Source: Takakia lepidozioides (Eukaryota > Plantae > Bryophyta). Taken from it: DNA of 64,000 bases. Each line of letters starts with the position of its first letter. Position 1 is the stretch's first letter. Shown one piece after another: positions 61,901-64,000 of the stretch. The DNA is taken from the NCBI GenBank assembly GCA_030704615.1, contig CM060731.1, positions 14,508,001-14,572,000 of the forward strand, in the 5' to 3' direction. The notes beneath the pieces are model-generated. The model had not been told where the DNA came from and did no database searches. It saw only the letters and a list, made by a program, of their open reading frames with translations. The translations under genes were made by a program, and so were the position numbers.

Positions 61901-64000
61901 AGCAAACTGACCATCTTATCTGAATTAAGACAGGTCTCAGAAACCTAGAGCCCCGTATACATGTTAAGAACAAGATTAAAAATGGGAGAGGTGGGGCACC
62001 TTCAGCTTGCCAGGAGTGAGGCCGTGTAATTTGAGTGTCGCGTTGAGGTTGTGGGTTCTAGATAATATTTTTATCTACTTCGCATGCCAAGTACACGCAT
62101 ACTGTGTGATCTCTGCAAGAGGTGACAGAGTGAGGAATGATAAAAGTGCTAGAGACTGATTGCTGGAATCCGGACAACCAGAACGCGCAGGAATTACAGA
62201 TCGTGGATCAGAGGCTGACATATCAATCAAGCTCCGAGGTTCCTGCAGACTGATGAGGCACAGAGTGAACAAGGCCTGCTCTAAAAGGGACTCCACATCT
62301 GTGAGCAACGCGGTCCCAGGCCTGGCCTCGACGACTGTGGCCCTGCCGAGCCTCCCGTCCGGACCCTGTCCCGATCCACGCTGCACCGAACCTGGACTGT
62401 GGATGGATGTCAATTCAACGCCGTGCAGGACCCCGACCAGAACGTTTGACTTTCCGTCGGCGCCGTTGAACTCCTCGGTTACTCAGTTCACTGTTGGCCT
62501 TAATGGCACCTCAACCCTGGTCAAGCCAACCGCACGGCGTACCACAGTCAACCACGCGGTGTCCTGTGTCCACGACCCTGCGGTCGGTTGAACCGCGGTC
62601 GCACTCCCAAACCTCACCGTTTTCATATATATATATAGCATGTATACCTGAGTATAATAAGCCGCACTGCAAGGCTTATTATATATATGTGTGTGTGTGT
62701 GAGAGGATTGGTAACCGCAAGGCAAAGTGGCTCTTTAGGTTGATGTGGAGGATCTCGTCTGGAGTTCTCTATCTTTTCTCTATACTTACTTGCCTACGCT
62801 ATTCGTCATGACCCTGCCGAACTAATTTTTTTTTTTTCAAGAAGGGGTGCGGCAGGCTTTTTGGATTTTCTGCAGTTCCGGCAGTGATAATGATAAATAA
62901 TAAAAAAGCATCCTTGTTGCATATATATGTGGCTAGTGCAATGGGCTGGGCAGGTCTTGGGGTTGAATATCTTTGACATTGGGCCCTGGAAGGGCTTTAA
63001 TTTTAGATTTTCCGGCAGTCTGTTTTTGCAATTATTTATCATCGGACAGCATAGGCAGGTACGGTATAAAATTCAAATGAAAAGGCTCACAATTTGGAGG
63101 GAAACCCTTTCATCTATGAGTGCCCATGTGGCGAGAATAATGAGGTGGCAGGGTTAGAAGAGTTCCTTGTCTTCGGATGCAAGTGATATTTTTTGAGAAC
63201 CATTATCCACGTCCCTGCCTTCGGCAACCAATAGGTACGTGATGTAGGAACTCTTACAATGATGATATTTTCCCTCATGCTAATGAGTTTGTACCAGTAG
63301 TAGCATTGCCAGATATCCACTGGGAATCCTAGAGAGAGAAGCCTCTCGCCGAAGCCGGCGTAACTAAGAGCCACTTGGGAATCCTAGATAATTCCCCCCA
63401 AGTCGTCTAAAATGTTGGCCTGCAAGGCAGGGTCTTGGTCAAAACAGTTTTCAACCATGCTCTGCGTAGCTGCCATAAGTACAAAAACATAGCAGAGTCT
63501 CCCCAAATATACCTGCTCAATTTTGGGAGGAATGACAACCAAAAATGCAATGTCATGAAAACGGCCATACATGAAGATGGCACGTTTTAACTGGTCCACG
63601 CTGGCAAAATCAGGCTCCACTACTGGCAAAATTTGCGAATTTTATCCCCCATATAAATTCCTTTGGACGAGTAGCTGACCAATTTTCCAGGGCGACTTTT
63701 TGAGAGAAGAAAAACTCACTGCTGCTAACCAAAGGCCAAGGAGAGGAAACCACCCCACAAGTCAATGCATAGATTCCATAGTGCCAAAGTCCAATGTTAT
63801 TTCCCTATTAATTTTTCCGGTTTTCCATACGTAGTAGCAGCTATCAATGGCCGGTCGCATATGTTGAATCAGCCACTTAATTACAGGGAAATTATATTAA
63901 CCTCTTTGCAAGTAACCTTGCCGCACAAGTAACCTTGCCGTCCTTTTACATTGCCCCCATTTACCATGGAGAAACAAAAACAGAATGGTTGGTGCCAGGT

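Noticed and set aside
60019-62811. ORFs upstream of RAV (60019-60453, 62075-62413, 62160-62591)
   Set aside because: No recognisable domains; more likely 5' UTR, intron or promoter DNA.

Overview
This is eukaryotic land-plant DNA, probably bryophyte-grade (inferred from the introns, PLS-class PPR, RAV factor, half-tRNA-primed copia and Sola-like transposon). Host genes lie only at the edges: internal exons of an OTU-family deubiquitinase (16-1491, +) and an AP2/B3 RAV transcription factor (55750-58977, -). The middle is a nest of transposons whose junctions mostly resolve to the base. A decayed hAT transposase is split by a 34.3-kb TIR element (6544-40868, 4-bp AATA TSD, Sola1-like DDD transposase, about 17.4 kb without inserts). 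That element carries a Helitron-like insert with a captured PPR pseudogene (12989-29025) and a CACTA MITE (35141-35988). The Helitron-like insert in turn contains an apparently intact 11.25-kb Mutator-like element (13477-24727, 9-bp TSD). Main candidate novel system: both large DNA transposons, from unrelated superfamilies, place their transposase head-to-head with a multi-exon accessory gene encoding a ParB-like domain plus a beta-class amino-methyltransferase-like domain. Each element is also studded with its own 22-24-bp palindrome. The Sola-like element additionally encodes RNA Pol II CTD-like repeats and three FCP1/HAD phosphatase-like domains. Further right are gypsy/copia remnants scrambled by a 5.5-kb inversion with reciprocal junctions, two tRNA-derived SINEs and a hAT MITE. 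All family assignments come from motif recognition by eye; no database searches were run.
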